Positions 1 to 8,756 of a stretch of DNA of 64,000 bases are shown piece by piece. Both the position numbers and the translations under genes were made by a program. The notes under the pieces were generated by a model. The model searched no databases and was not told the origin of the DNA. It saw only the letters and a program-made list of their open reading frames with translations. Numbering within the stretch: position 1 is the stretch's first letter; every line of letters begins with the position of its first letter. This DNA is from Burkholderiaceae bacterium (lineage in GTDB: Bacteria; Pseudomonadota; Gammaproteobacteria; Burkholderiales; Burkholderiaceae_A): assembly GCA_004214155.1 (NCBI GenBank), contig SGYQ01000002.1, positions 17,429 through 81,428 of the forward strand, in the 5' to 3' direction.

Positions 1-697
1 TCTGAAGAGCAGACAATAATATTGTAAATTCTTCAATTGGAGTTAGTTCACTTATTGTTGTTGGGTGGTATGCCACTAAAAAAATTTGTTTGTTATTTTT
101 TATCTTTAGAATTCTTTGTAGATTTTCTTTTGATTTTAATTTAATAGACGAAATATTTTCTACCCCAAGACTTCCCACTGAAAATATATTATTTGGATTT
201 TCTCCTAACTGCCGGACTCTATTTTTGTATTCATCGCAGCTAACAAAGTGTAAATGTGATAGCTTTGTTATTGAGTGCCGGATAGCATCGTCGATTGCTC
301 CTATAGTTTTTTCACCACCATGAATATGGGCAATTGGAATTTTATTTAGCATAGCAGATATAGCAACACCAAGCGTTTCAAATCGATCCCCTAGTATAAC
401 GAGAATATCCGGTTTTTTTTTAAAAAAATAATTAGAAAATTCGTTTATGGTATTTGACATTATTAAGGTTTGCGGATTTTCCTTAGAATTTATGTACCCT
501 AATACATTAAATATTTCATAACCTTTAAATCCATCATTGATTATTTCCGATATAGTGTTTCCGTATTCTTTTGACAAATGAGATCCAGAAACAAGTAAAT
601 GTAGATTTAATTCTTTATCGTTATCAATTTCTCGTAATAAAGGATGTAAAATTCCATAGTCCGATCTCGATGTAGTAGCAACTGCTATATTTTTCAT
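1..697 (-). CDS. neuC: UDP-N-acetylglucosamine 2-epimerase (hydrolysing), NeuC/LegG family; partial, C-terminus lies beyond the window start
   Basis: Absent from the ORF track because it runs off the window. Manual minus-strand translation from ATG 697-695 gives MKNIAVATTSRSDYGILHPLLREIDNDKELNLHLLVSGSHLSKEYGNT...ILVILGDRFETLGVA...IPIAHIHGGEKTIGAIDDAIRHSITKLSHLHF...FLVAYHPTT. The frame stays open to position 1. HIHGGE and RH.ITK.SHLHF are motifs I associate with hydrolysing 2-epimerases. The start overlaps the neuB stop (ATGA, 694-697). Confidence 0.8.
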   Translation of the reverse strand, partial: MKNIAVATTSRSDYGILHPLLREIDNDKELNLHLLVSGSHLSKEYGNTISEIINDGFKGYEIFNVLGYINSKENPQTLIMSNTINEFSNYFFKKKPDILVILGDRFETLGVAISAMLNKIPIAHIHGGEKTIGAIDDAIRHSITKLSHLHFVSCDEYKNRVRQLGENPNNIFSVGSLGVENISSIKLKSKENLQRILKIKNNKQIFLVAYHPTTISELTPIEEFTILLSALQ

Positions 698-1731
698 AAC
701 TTATCGATAGGTTCATTTTTTTTATAATTCCGAGATGCTTCTATTCCCATATAATTATCCCAGTTTGATGCACAGACTCCATCTAATGGTCTTTTTACTG
801 TTAGTAAATCTTCTGTTAAGATATCACCTTTTTTAATATTTTCTTTCGCCACAATTGATTTCCTCGCAGCAAATTTATTTCCTTCTTCACTTTTTGTAAT
901 ATGTTTTTCACTACTACCGAGTATGATCTCCATCTCTCTTATTTTTTTTACCAGCAATTCTAGCTCGCTTACCGATAGACTAGCTGAGTGATCAGGACCA
1001 TCGAAAGTTTTATCTAAGGTAAAATGCTTTTCAATGATTGATGCCCCCATGGCAACAGCTGCAACTGATACAGCGATTCCCAATGTATGGTCCGAGTAAC
1101 CCACTCGAATGTTAAACATTTCTTTTATGGAAAGCATTGCACGAAGATTTACATCTTCTAGTGGCGTTGGGTATTCTGAATTACAGTGAAGAACCCAGAT
1201 ATGTTTCCTTGAGAGTTTACCACTGAGTAAAATATCAAGGGCAGACTGAATTTCGTTTATTGAGGACATCCCCGTTGATAGAATAACTTCCTTGTCTAAG
1301 GAGGATGCTTTTTTTAGTAGTGGGATATTTGTAATTTCACCAGATGGTATTTTAATTATACGGACACCCATCCTCACAAGTAAATCTAAACTAGGAATAT
1401 CGAAAGGACTTGATATAAATTCAATTTTCTTCTCCGCGGCATAGTTTTGCAACATTAGCTGATCATTTGCAGATAATTCCAGCTTTTTTAACATTTGGCT
1501 CTGAGTTACATTTTTTGTATTAAGTTCCTGATACGGAGCCATTCTTGCCCGGGGAATGATTAGCTCATCAGTTATATAGCTTTGAATCTTTACTGCATCT
1601 GCTTTTGCGTCAACTGCAGCATCTATCATTTTTTTTGCAATCTTTACATCGCCGTTGTGATTTACGCCAGCCTCAGCGATTATAAACACCCTCGATTCAT
1701 TAATTATGCTATTAGCAATATTTTGTATCAT
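694..1731 (-). CDS. neuB: NeuB-family nonulosonic acid synthase (N-acetylneuraminate/legionaminate synthase)
   Basis: ORF track 694..1749. NeuB-type N-terminus RVFIIAEAGVNHNGD and a C-terminal SAF/antifreeze-like segment (KSIVAKENIKKGDILTEDLLTVKRP). I prefer the internal Met (MIQNIANS, ATG at 1731) because it shortens the overlap with the upstream gene, which stops at 1712. Confidence 0.9.
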   Translation of the reverse strand: MIQNIANSIINESRVFIIAEAGVNHNGDVKIAKKMIDAAVDAKADAVKIQSYITDELIIPRARMAPYQELNTKNVTQSQMLKKLELSANDQLMLQNYAAEKKIEFISSPFDIPSLDLLVRMGVRIIKIPSGEITNIPLLKKASSLDKEVILSTGMSSINEIQSALDILLSGKLSRKHIWVLHCNSEYPTPLEDVNLRAMLSIKEMFNIRVGYSDHTLGIAVSVAAVAMGASIIEKHFTLDKTFDGPDHSASLSVSELELLVKKIREMEIILGSSEKHITKSEEGNKFAARKSIVAKENIKKGDILTEDLLTVKRPLDGVCASNWDNYMGIEASRNYKKNEPIDKL

Positions 1732-2323
1732 TAGATAAGTTCCTATCAATTATAGATCCAGCACTGACTATTACATTATTACCAATCGTTATTCCTTCAT
1801 GGACAACTGTCCCACTCCCAATAAACGTATTGTTTCCGATTTTTACCCCGCCATTTATTTTTACACCTGTTGAAATGTGACAGTGGGACCCAATAGAAGA
1901 ATCATGCTCGACAAGAGACTGAGAATTGATAATTGTATTTTCACCTATCTTGACATTTATATTGATTAAGGCCTGGTGCATAATATTTACACCTTTTGCT
2001 ATTTCAGCGCTCGTTGAAACATATGCCGTTGGTGAAATCAAAGAAACTATCTCAATATCTAGGCTCGACAATTCGTTATACTTTGTTTCTCTTATCTTTG
2101 ATTTTCCAATTTTTCCAATGGTTAGGAGAAAGTTTCTATAAATTTTTGATAATTTCATAATTTCCTGATCTTTGAAAACCGAGACATTATGAAGTTTTTC
2201 CAACTTAAAATTATTTTTCTCGATAACCCCAACGACATTATACAGATTCAATAAACCAAGAATATCTAAGCATGCATTACAGTGCCCTCCTCCACCCACA
2301 AGAATTAGATCTTTTTTTTTCAT
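1712..2323 (-). CDS. Hexapeptide-repeat sugar N-acetyltransferase, NeuD/PglD/LegH-like
   Basis: N-terminal MKKKDLILVGGGGHCNACLDIL (NeuD/PglD-type nucleotide-binding start), followed by left-handed beta-helix hexapeptide repeats (IGENTIINSQSLVEHDSSIGSHCHISTGVKINGGVKIGNNTFIGSGTVV). Sits between the aminotransferase and the synthase. Confidence 0.8.
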   Translation of the reverse strand: MKKKDLILVGGGGHCNACLDILGLLNLYNVVGVIEKNNFKLEKLHNVSVFKDQEIMKLSKIYRNFLLTIGKIGKSKIRETKYNELSSLDIEIVSLISPTAYVSTSAEIAKGVNIMHQALININVKIGENTIINSQSLVEHDSSIGSHCHISTGVKINGGVKIGNNTFIGSGTVVHEGITIGNNVIVSAGSIIDRNLSNDTKYC

Positions 2324-3516
2324 AAAAAAGCGCTGCTCGGTAAATTAATTATTTTTTTCCGAAGAAAAGAAGCGGTATTTAATTCTGATTTAGGACAGGA
2401 TTGAAACATCGGCAATAAATGTAAAGGCTTCCATGATGGTCTCAAAAATATTTTCTCTTTATGGCAGGTTTCTATAAGCCTTTTCTGAAAACAGTCCTCA
2501 TTATTTTTTACTATTACTGTGTTTAGCCAATAATTACTGATCGATTCTTTATTCTCACTTATTAATCTTAACCATGGAATACCATCAAGCTCTTTTTTAT
2601 ATTTCATATGTAAGTTTCTTTTATTTTCTAGAAGGTTTGAAAATAACTCTAGTTGAGCACATCCGAGAGCAGCGTTGATATTCGGCATTCGGTAATTATA
2701 GCCAATTTCATCGTGTGATAACTCCCACGGATGTACAATTTTTGCAGTTGTACTCATATGTCGAATTTGTTTTGCTAACATATCATCATTTGTTAGAATC
2801 GCACCTCCCCCTCCCGTAGTCACAATTTTGTTTCCGTTAAAACTTAAGCAACCTATCTCCCCAAAGGTGCCTGTGTGTTTTTTATTTAAAAAACTTCCTA
2901 GGCTTTCTGCGGCGTCTTCTACAATAGTTAGCTTATATTCAGATGCTATGGATAATAGTGTTTCCATGTCAACTGGTTGCCCAAAAACATGAACTGGCAT
3001 GATTGCCGCGATTCTTTTGTTCGTATATTTATTTATAGAGTGGACATGATGTTTCTCTGCGGTAAATTTTAGATGATCTCGTAGTTTATCTAAATCTAGA
3101 TTAAGGTCATCTTCGGAGATATCACAAAAATGAGGGATTGCATTACAATAACGTATTGAATTCGCCGAACCAACGAACGTCAATGTAGGCAATAGTACTT
3201 CGTCTTTGGATCTAATTCCCAAACAAAGAAGAGAGAGATGTAAAGCAGAGGTACCATTTACAGTTGCAATTACATGTTTTGCCCCTGTAAGCTCAGACAG
3301 CATTTCTTCAAATTTACTAACGAATTTCCCAACACTAGAAACAAAATTTGTAGAGACACATTCCTCTAAATATTTAGTTTCGTTGCCGGAAAAAAAAGGT
3401 TCATGTAAATTCAATACACGATGGTTGCACACCTTTCTAAGTATCTTAATAAATTGGTTGATTCTATCATTAGATTCAGAATCAATTGAACCTAATAAGG
3501 CTTTGTCTTTATTCAT
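2320..3516 (-). CDS. DegT/DnrJ/EryC1-family PLP-dependent sugar aminotransferase (LegC-like)
   Basis: ORF track 2320..3594. Family pattern: FFSGNETKYLEECV, GTSALHLSLL, VEDAAESLGS, SFNGNKIVTTGGGGAI (the Lys in NGNK is the expected PLP lysine context). The start is set to Met27 (ATG 3516-3514, checked in the sequence), which leaves only an 8-nt overlap with the upstream gene. Confidence 0.85.
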   Translation of the reverse strand: MNKDKALLGSIDSESNDRINQFIKILRKVCNHRVLNLHEPFFSGNETKYLEECVSTNFVSSVGKFVSKFEEMLSELTGAKHVIATVNGTSALHLSLLCLGIRSKDEVLLPTLTFVGSANSIRYCNAIPHFCDISEDDLNLDLDKLRDHLKFTAEKHHVHSINKYTNKRIAAIMPVHVFGQPVDMETLLSIASEYKLTIVEDAAESLGSFLNKKHTGTFGEIGCLSFNGNKIVTTGGGGAILTNDDMLAKQIRHMSTTAKIVHPWELSHDEIGYNYRMPNINAALGCAQLELFSNLLENKRNLHMKYKKELDGIPWLRLISENKESISNYWLNTVIVKNNEDCFQKRLIETCHKEKIFLRPSWKPLHLLPMFQSCPKSELNTASFLRKKIINLPSSAFL

Positions 3517-4507
3517 TATAAAGATATGGTTTATAGAATTTTTTATTTGAATTATTTGAAAACCAATTAATCGTTTCCTTGAGAGCCTTGTCAAAGCCCT
3601 CTATTGATGCAAATTCTGGTTTCCATCCAAAGGTTTCGATAGCTAATTTATTACAAGCTAGCAGTCTATCGACCTCAGAGTTTACGGGTCTAATTCTTCC
3701 TTTATCTATCATTATTTTGATATCAGGGTTGATTAATTTTATTATTCGCTCCGCTGTTTGCTGCATTGATATTTCAAATCCACTACCGAGATTAAACGTA
3801 GAGCCGGCCCCTTTATCCGACCTTAGAATTTTTAGGAATCCTGCAGTGGTGTCACTTACATAACTAAAATCCCGGGTTGGTTTCAAAGATCCTAATTTAA
3901 TTGTGTCAAAGCCCTCTAAGCATTGAGTAATTACTGTAGGGATAAATGCTCTAGCGGATTGCCGTGGCCCGAATGTATTAAATGGACGAACTATGACAAC
4001 AGGTAATTCAAAAGATGAGTAAAACGAAAATGCTAATTGATCAGCTCCTATTTTGGATGCTGAATAAGGTGATTGTCCACTAAGGGGGTGTGTTTCGTCT
4101 ATGGGAACATATTTAGCGGTTCCGTAAACTTCGCTCGTTGAGGTATGGAGAAAACGTTCGATACCAAACAGTTTACATGATTGCAGCAAGTTGTGAGTAC
4201 CGATAATATTTGTTTCTAAATACGATAATGTGGATTTATACGAATATGGAATAGCAATAAGGGCAGCCAGGTGTATCACATGAGAGCAATCTTTTACAAG
4301 GTTATTTACAAAAAACGAATCTCTGATATCACCAGGGACAATTTCTAATTCATCGATTATTTGCGAAGGTAGGTTTTCAAGCCAACCCCACGAGTTAAAA
4401 GAATTATACTGAGTTAGTGCTTTAACTGCAAAATCATCAAGAACTAATCTCTCAACCATATGAGAGCCAATAAAACCGTCAGCACCTGTTACCAAAATTT
4501 TCTTCAA
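3509..4507 (-). CDS. NAD-dependent sugar-nucleotide 4,6-dehydratase/epimerase, SDR family (LegB-like)
   Basis: GxxGxxG (VTGADGFIGSHMV) and a catalytic YxxxK (YSASKIGAD). 332 aa. Lies inside the nonulosonic acid cluster. Confidence 0.85.
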   Translation of the reverse strand: MKKILVTGADGFIGSHMVERLVLDDFAVKALTQYNSFNSWGWLENLPSQIIDELEIVPGDIRDSFFVNNLVKDCSHVIHLAALIAIPYSYKSTLSYLETNIIGTHNLLQSCKLFGIERFLHTSTSEVYGTAKYVPIDETHPLSGQSPYSASKIGADQLAFSFYSSFELPVVIVRPFNTFGPRQSARAFIPTVITQCLEGFDTIKLGSLKPTRDFSYVSDTTAGFLKILRSDKGAGSTFNLGSGFEISMQQTAERIIKLINPDIKIMIDKGRIRPVNSEVDRLLACNKLAIETFGWKPEFASIEGFDKALKETINWFSNNSNKKFYKPYLYNE

Positions 4508-5220
4508 TTTAAATCCTTTAGGAATTTATTATTTTGATTTGCAATTACAGCTTCTGCCAATAGGAAATCGTTTAAATCATCTATATCTGTCGCAATGTCC
4601 GAAGATACCTCTACCCCAACTATTTTTCCATCCCAAAAATTCTTACGTTGTATGATTTCCTCTTGCTTGGCAATATATGCAATTGGAGTAATACAAAAAA
4701 TTTCAGGGGCATCTTGTCTTCGAGTAATTTTACTAGGTGAATAAAGATTAATGGAGCTATCTTGCTTGTCTCTTTCTACTAAGTTAAAAAATGGATTGTA
4801 TTTTGTTTTAGTCACCGACACTACAAAAAGATTCTTCTGTTTAAATGTCTCAAAACATTGGGAAACCGAAGTTTTTGTTCTTAAGGGAGCCGTACACGGT
4901 AAGCTTATAAAATTATCAAAATGCCCAATATTATCAACTACCCAGGAAATTGCATGTTTCCATGCATCGAATTCATTTGCATAATCTGAGGCCAATTCAT
5001 CAGGTCTCGGTATCACTGTGACATTATTTTCTTTTGCTATATCCATCGCCTCAGGACTGTCTGTAGATACAAAAATTTTATCGATGAAAGGCAATGTTTT
5101 TGCAAGATGAATTGGGTAACTAAGTAATGGCTTCCCGGCCAATAAGCGTATATTTTTATTAGGTAATCCCTTTGAACCAGAACGTGCAAATATAAAACAA
5201 TAGGTTTTCGTAGTTCTCAT
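4504..5220 (-). CDS. neuA: Acylneuraminate cytidylyltransferase family (CMP-nonulosonic acid synthetase, NeuA/LegF-like)
   Basis: ORF track 4504..5241 (GTG start). N-terminal FIFARSGSKGLPNKNIRLLAGKPLLSY is the CMP-NeuAc synthetase signature. I place the start at ATG 5220-5218 (MRTTKTY); the GTG at 5241 is the alternative. Confidence 0.85.
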   Translation of the reverse strand: MRTTKTYCFIFARSGSKGLPNKNIRLLAGKPLLSYPIHLAKTLPFIDKIFVSTDSPEAMDIAKENNVTVIPRPDELASDYANEFDAWKHAISWVVDNIGHFDNFISLPCTAPLRTKTSVSQCFETFKQKNLFVVSVTKTKYNPFFNLVERDKQDSSINLYSPSKITRRQDAPEIFCITPIAYIAKQEEIIQRKNFWDGKIVGVEVSSDIATDIDDLNDFLLAEAVIANQNNKFLKDLN

Positions 5221-5228
5221 AGCTCGGT

Positions 5229-6290
5229 CTAGATATCCCACTCGTCATTAGCTTTTATAAGTGTTTCAGGGATTCCAACATCTACCCAGTATTCATGAAT
5301 TGGAAAATAATTAATCTTACATTTTTTTTTGACAAGTTCATTAATCAGCGCCGGCATATCACAATAAACACCCTTTTCGAGAAAGTTTGTGAATGTGGGA
5401 TTAAAAATATAAATACCTGCATTTACATAGCACGAGTGATCAGGCTTTTCCAAAATTTTTGTGACATCATTTTTTTCTGCCTGAATAACTCCATAGGGAA
5501 TATTAATAGAATGTTCTCTTGCACATACTGTTCCAAAAGTCTTTGATGTTTCAAAATAGTGCAACAACTGATCAAAGTCCACCATGGACAAAACATCCCC
5601 ATTCAGGACTATGATTGGAAAGTTAGTATCAAACTCGAGAAGCGATAAAGACCCTGCTGTCCCTAGAAATTGTTCTTCTTCAATATATTGAATATCTATT
5701 CCTTTATTTTTGCCATTTCCTAAATAAGATTTAATTTTTTCTTTTAGATAATTGACAGTAATATAATATTTTGAAAAGCCATATGTCCGTAGCCTATCTA
5801 TAATATGTTCTATTATAGGTTTATTATTTACTAGAAGCATTGGCTTCGGACATTCATTTGTGATTTTTCCTAACCTTTTGCCCATACCTCCTGCCATGAT
5901 AACAACACAATTTTCCTTCGTATCATTTTTTGCTTTGATGTCATCCGAAAAAACAATAGAAACTAAGTTCTTCTTGGTATCTAAAATGGGTAGTTGTTTA
6001 ATAGAATGCTTGATAAATAGTTCACTAGCTTTTTGTTCTGAATAATTATGTTTCTTTATAAACAAAAAATCTTTATTCATCACTTTTGCAACAGGATAAT
6101 CAACTGTTATACCATCTAAGAGTGCTCTCCGAATATCACCATCGGTTATAGTCCCCACAACAACATTCTGTGAGTCTAATACAATCACAATTTTACCTTT
6201 TTGTACATTTAAGATTTTTATTGCATCTTTAACTATTGCTCCGGATGAAACACAATATTTCTCGCCTCTCGTTTTATCCACGCTTACCAC
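5229..6290 (-). CDS. CBS-pair-containing sugar-phosphate nucleotidyltransferase (PtmE-like)
   Basis: The N-terminal ~120 aa resemble a CBS pair (VVGTITDGDIRRAL ... LPILDTKKNLVSIV). They are followed by the nucleotidyltransferase motif IMAGGMGKRLGKITNECPKPML. First gene of the sugar operon. Confidence 0.8.
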   Translation of the reverse strand: MVSVDKTRGEKYCVSSGAIVKDAIKILNVQKGKIVIVLDSQNVVVGTITDGDIRRALLDGITVDYPVAKVMNKDFLFIKKHNYSEQKASELFIKHSIKQLPILDTKKNLVSIVFSDDIKAKNDTKENCVVIMAGGMGKRLGKITNECPKPMLLVNNKPIIEHIIDRLRTYGFSKYYITVNYLKEKIKSYLGNGKNKGIDIQYIEEEQFLGTAGSLSLLEFDTNFPIIVLNGDVLSMVDFDQLLHYFETSKTFGTVCAREHSINIPYGVIQAEKNDVTKILEKPDHSCYVNAGIYIFNPTFTNFLEKGVYCDMPALINELVKKKCKINYFPIHEYWVDVGIPETLIKANDEWDI

Positions 6291-6300
6291 CCTTAGAAAA

Positions 6301-7503
6301 TTATTTTATTGATGCAAATAGAAAAGATCGCCTCTGACAAAATATAGCCATAAAAAACATAAACAACATTGTGGTATTCGAGCGCCATAAATAACTTTCA
6401 AAAAATGAGATCACCATAAAACCTATTAATATAGATCGAGCACGATAGTCTCCATATTTAAAACACTTGATTAATAGATTTACCATTATTATTGCACCAA
6501 ATAACCCTAGAGTTGCGAGGATCATAAAGTATTGATTATGGGGATTATTTGTATATGGAAGATTTGCGTAAGACGAAATTACATAGTTTGGATATTCTTG
6601 CATAAAATCTCCAGTACCTACGCCGAAAAATGGATTCTCTAAGAACATTTCGTATGCATGAATAGAAAACACATATCTTAATCCTAGGGACGAATATAAA
6701 TCTTTGTCGAAGGTGAGAATATCGTTAATTCCTGCAGCAATTCTAATTTGCACATCGGGTATTTGGTAAGATAAAAAACAAGCCACTGGAAGAATTAATA
6801 GAACTTTTATGAATCCACGTCCTAGCGATTTACTTGATTCAATCATTAGGCAGATAAATAAAATCAGGAACAATAGAAATCCAGCTCGTCCTGTAGAAAT
6901 TAATAGATTAGACACTAAAGCTAAAAATATAATGATTCTCGCGACAAAAACTTTAATTTCAAAAATATCTGTAGGTATTAATAATTGTCGCAATACAAGA
7001 TATACACCTACAGCCAAAATCGGTGAATACATAACATGCGATAAAAAGGGAGCTGTTTCCATTCCATTGCGCTTTCCGCTAAGAATGCCTTCGGGAAGTA
7101 TTTCTGGAAATAAAAAATATAAATAATTGTAGTGAGCTAATATGCTACATAAAAATAATCCCAAAAGAAAACTATTTATGTATGATTCTTGATGTTCGTA
7201 TTTGGCAGCAACCCAGAAAATACCGAAAAACAAATACGGTATTAATCTTCCTAGAGAATCTAGCCCTGCTTCCACATCCAAAGTCCAAGCCATCCCTATT
7301 AGATGAGCGATAAAAAACAAAATAAAGGCAATCACAAAGGGGGAAATAATCTGGGATTTAAGTCTAAGGAGAAAATCTTTTTGGAACATCTCGGAGACAA
7401 ATAGGAGCAAACAGAATGGGTAGACAAAGGTCATGGTAAATGGCAAAAAAAAGGCAACTGATCGTAAACTAAATTGCTGAATTGCTTCTGCCGGTCTAGC
7501 CAT
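6301..7503 (-). CDS. O-antigen ligase / Wzy_C-family polytopic membrane protein
   Basis: 400 aa, about 10-12 hydrophobic spans, with a central STGRAGFLLFL motif resembling the Wzy_C/O-antigen ligase SRG..(L/W) segment. Adjacent to the sugar pathway. Confidence 0.65.
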   Translation of the reverse strand: MARPAEAIQQFSLRSVAFFLPFTMTFVYPFCLLLFVSEMFQKDFLLRLKSQIISPFVIAFILFFIAHLIGMAWTLDVEAGLDSLGRLIPYLFFGIFWVAAKYEHQESYINSFLLGLFLCSILAHYNYLYFLFPEILPEGILSGKRNGMETAPFLSHVMYSPILAVGVYLVLRQLLIPTDIFEIKVFVARIIIFLALVSNLLISTGRAGFLLFLILFICLMIESSKSLGRGFIKVLLILPVACFLSYQIPDVQIRIAAGINDILTFDKDLYSSLGLRYVFSIHAYEMFLENPFFGVGTGDFMQEYPNYVISSYANLPYTNNPHNQYFMILATLGLFGAIIMVNLLIKCFKYGDYRARSILIGFMVISFFESYLWRSNTTMLFMFFMAIFCQRRSFLFASIK

Positions 7504-7560
7504 ACTCTATCGTTTTTAAAATATTCCCAAAAAAAAAATTAACATTTGGTGCTAGTACAA

Positions 7561-8739
7561 TTAAATATTCTCGAAAATAGTTGTTATTCCCTGTCCGCCA
7601 CCTATACACATAGTAGCTAGAGCATATTTTCCATTAATCCTTTTTAATTCATATAACGCTTTGGTAATTAAAACAGCACCTGTTGCTCCTACGGGGTGAC
7701 CTAAAGCTATTGCTCCCCCATTTACATTAGTTACGGAGGAATTTAACCCAAGTCCTTTTTGAACAGCTAAAGCTTGCGCAGCGAATGCTTCGTTCGATTC
7801 GATAACATCTATGTCCTGCAAATTCAGCCCCGCTTTTTTTAGAGCTAACTCAGTAGCCGGAATAGGACCTTCTCCCATAACATCATTTGGAACACCAGAT
7901 ATTGCATAACTGACTAGGCGTGCTAAAGGTTGTACATTCTCTTTCTTTATGGCTTCCTCGCTACCCATCACGATAAAGGATGCACCATCATTAATTCCAC
8001 TAGCATTTCCTGCGGTAACGGTACCATTTTCCCTTAAAAAAGCTGGTTTCATAGTAGCAAGTTTCTCAGCAGTTGTTGCGCGAGGATATTCATCTGTATT
8101 GAAAATAACGTTTTCTCGTTTCTTTTTGATAGTTATTGGAACAATTTGGTCATTAAACCTTCCCAACTCAATTGCTTTTTGTGCACGAGTCTGAGAAGTA
8201 AGTGCAAATTCATCTTGCATCTCCCTGTTTATGTTCCATTTTTTTGCTAAGTTTTCAGCGGTAACACCCATATGACCAACTCCAAAGGGATCCGTAAGTA
8301 CAGCGACCATCATATCTATCATACTCGTATTACCCATTCGCTTACCAGAACGCAAATCAGAACTTAAAAACCCTCCCTTTGACATAACTTCTACCCCACC
8401 ACCAATTCCAAAGGGGGTATCGCCAAGTTTGATACTTTGGGCTATTGATATAACTGCTTGCATCGCTGAACCACATAATCGATTTACGGTTAATGCGGAA
8501 GAATTATGCGTAAGGCCTGCATTAATCGAAATAACTCGAGCAACATACGGAGATCGGCTCTCAGTAGGAATACAATTTCCCACAACAGAGGCACTGATAA
8601 GCTCGGGATTCACTGTACTTCGTTTAAGCCCCTCCCTCATTACAGTTGTTCCTAGCTCTATTGGCTCTAGTACCGATAGACTCCCATCAAACGAGCCTAT
8701 TGCAGACCTAACTGCGCTCAACACAAATACATCATTCAT
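7561..8739 (-). CDS. phaA: Acetyl-CoA acetyltransferase (beta-ketothiolase)
   Basis: Thiolase signatures: NRLCGSAMQA (active-site Cys), NEAFAAQ, GGAIALGHPVGATG and CIGGGQG. 392 aa. Confidence 0.9.
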   Translation of the reverse strand: MNDVFVLSAVRSAIGSFDGSLSVLEPIELGTTVMREGLKRSTVNPELISASVVGNCIPTESRSPYVARVISINAGLTHNSSALTVNRLCGSAMQAVISIAQSIKLGDTPFGIGGGVEVMSKGGFLSSDLRSGKRMGNTSMIDMMVAVLTDPFGVGHMGVTAENLAKKWNINREMQDEFALTSQTRAQKAIELGRFNDQIVPITIKKKRENVIFNTDEYPRATTAEKLATMKPAFLRENGTVTAGNASGINDGASFIVMGSEEAIKKENVQPLARLVSYAISGVPNDVMGEGPIPATELALKKAGLNLQDIDVIESNEAFAAQALAVQKGLGLNSSVTNVNGGAIALGHPVGATGAVLITKALYELKRINGKYALATMCIGGGQGITTIFENI

Positions 8740-8756
8740 ACAAATCCCTTTAAAAA

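Noticed and set aside
90-323. 77-aa plus-strand ORF at the left edge, and similar long antisense ORFs (3206-3550, 9754-10185, 54260-54727, 58914-59411, 59592-60056)
   Set aside because: Each lies antisense within a gene whose translation shows strong family motifs (neuC, aminotransferase, rimO, antiporter, pheT). None has a motif of its own.
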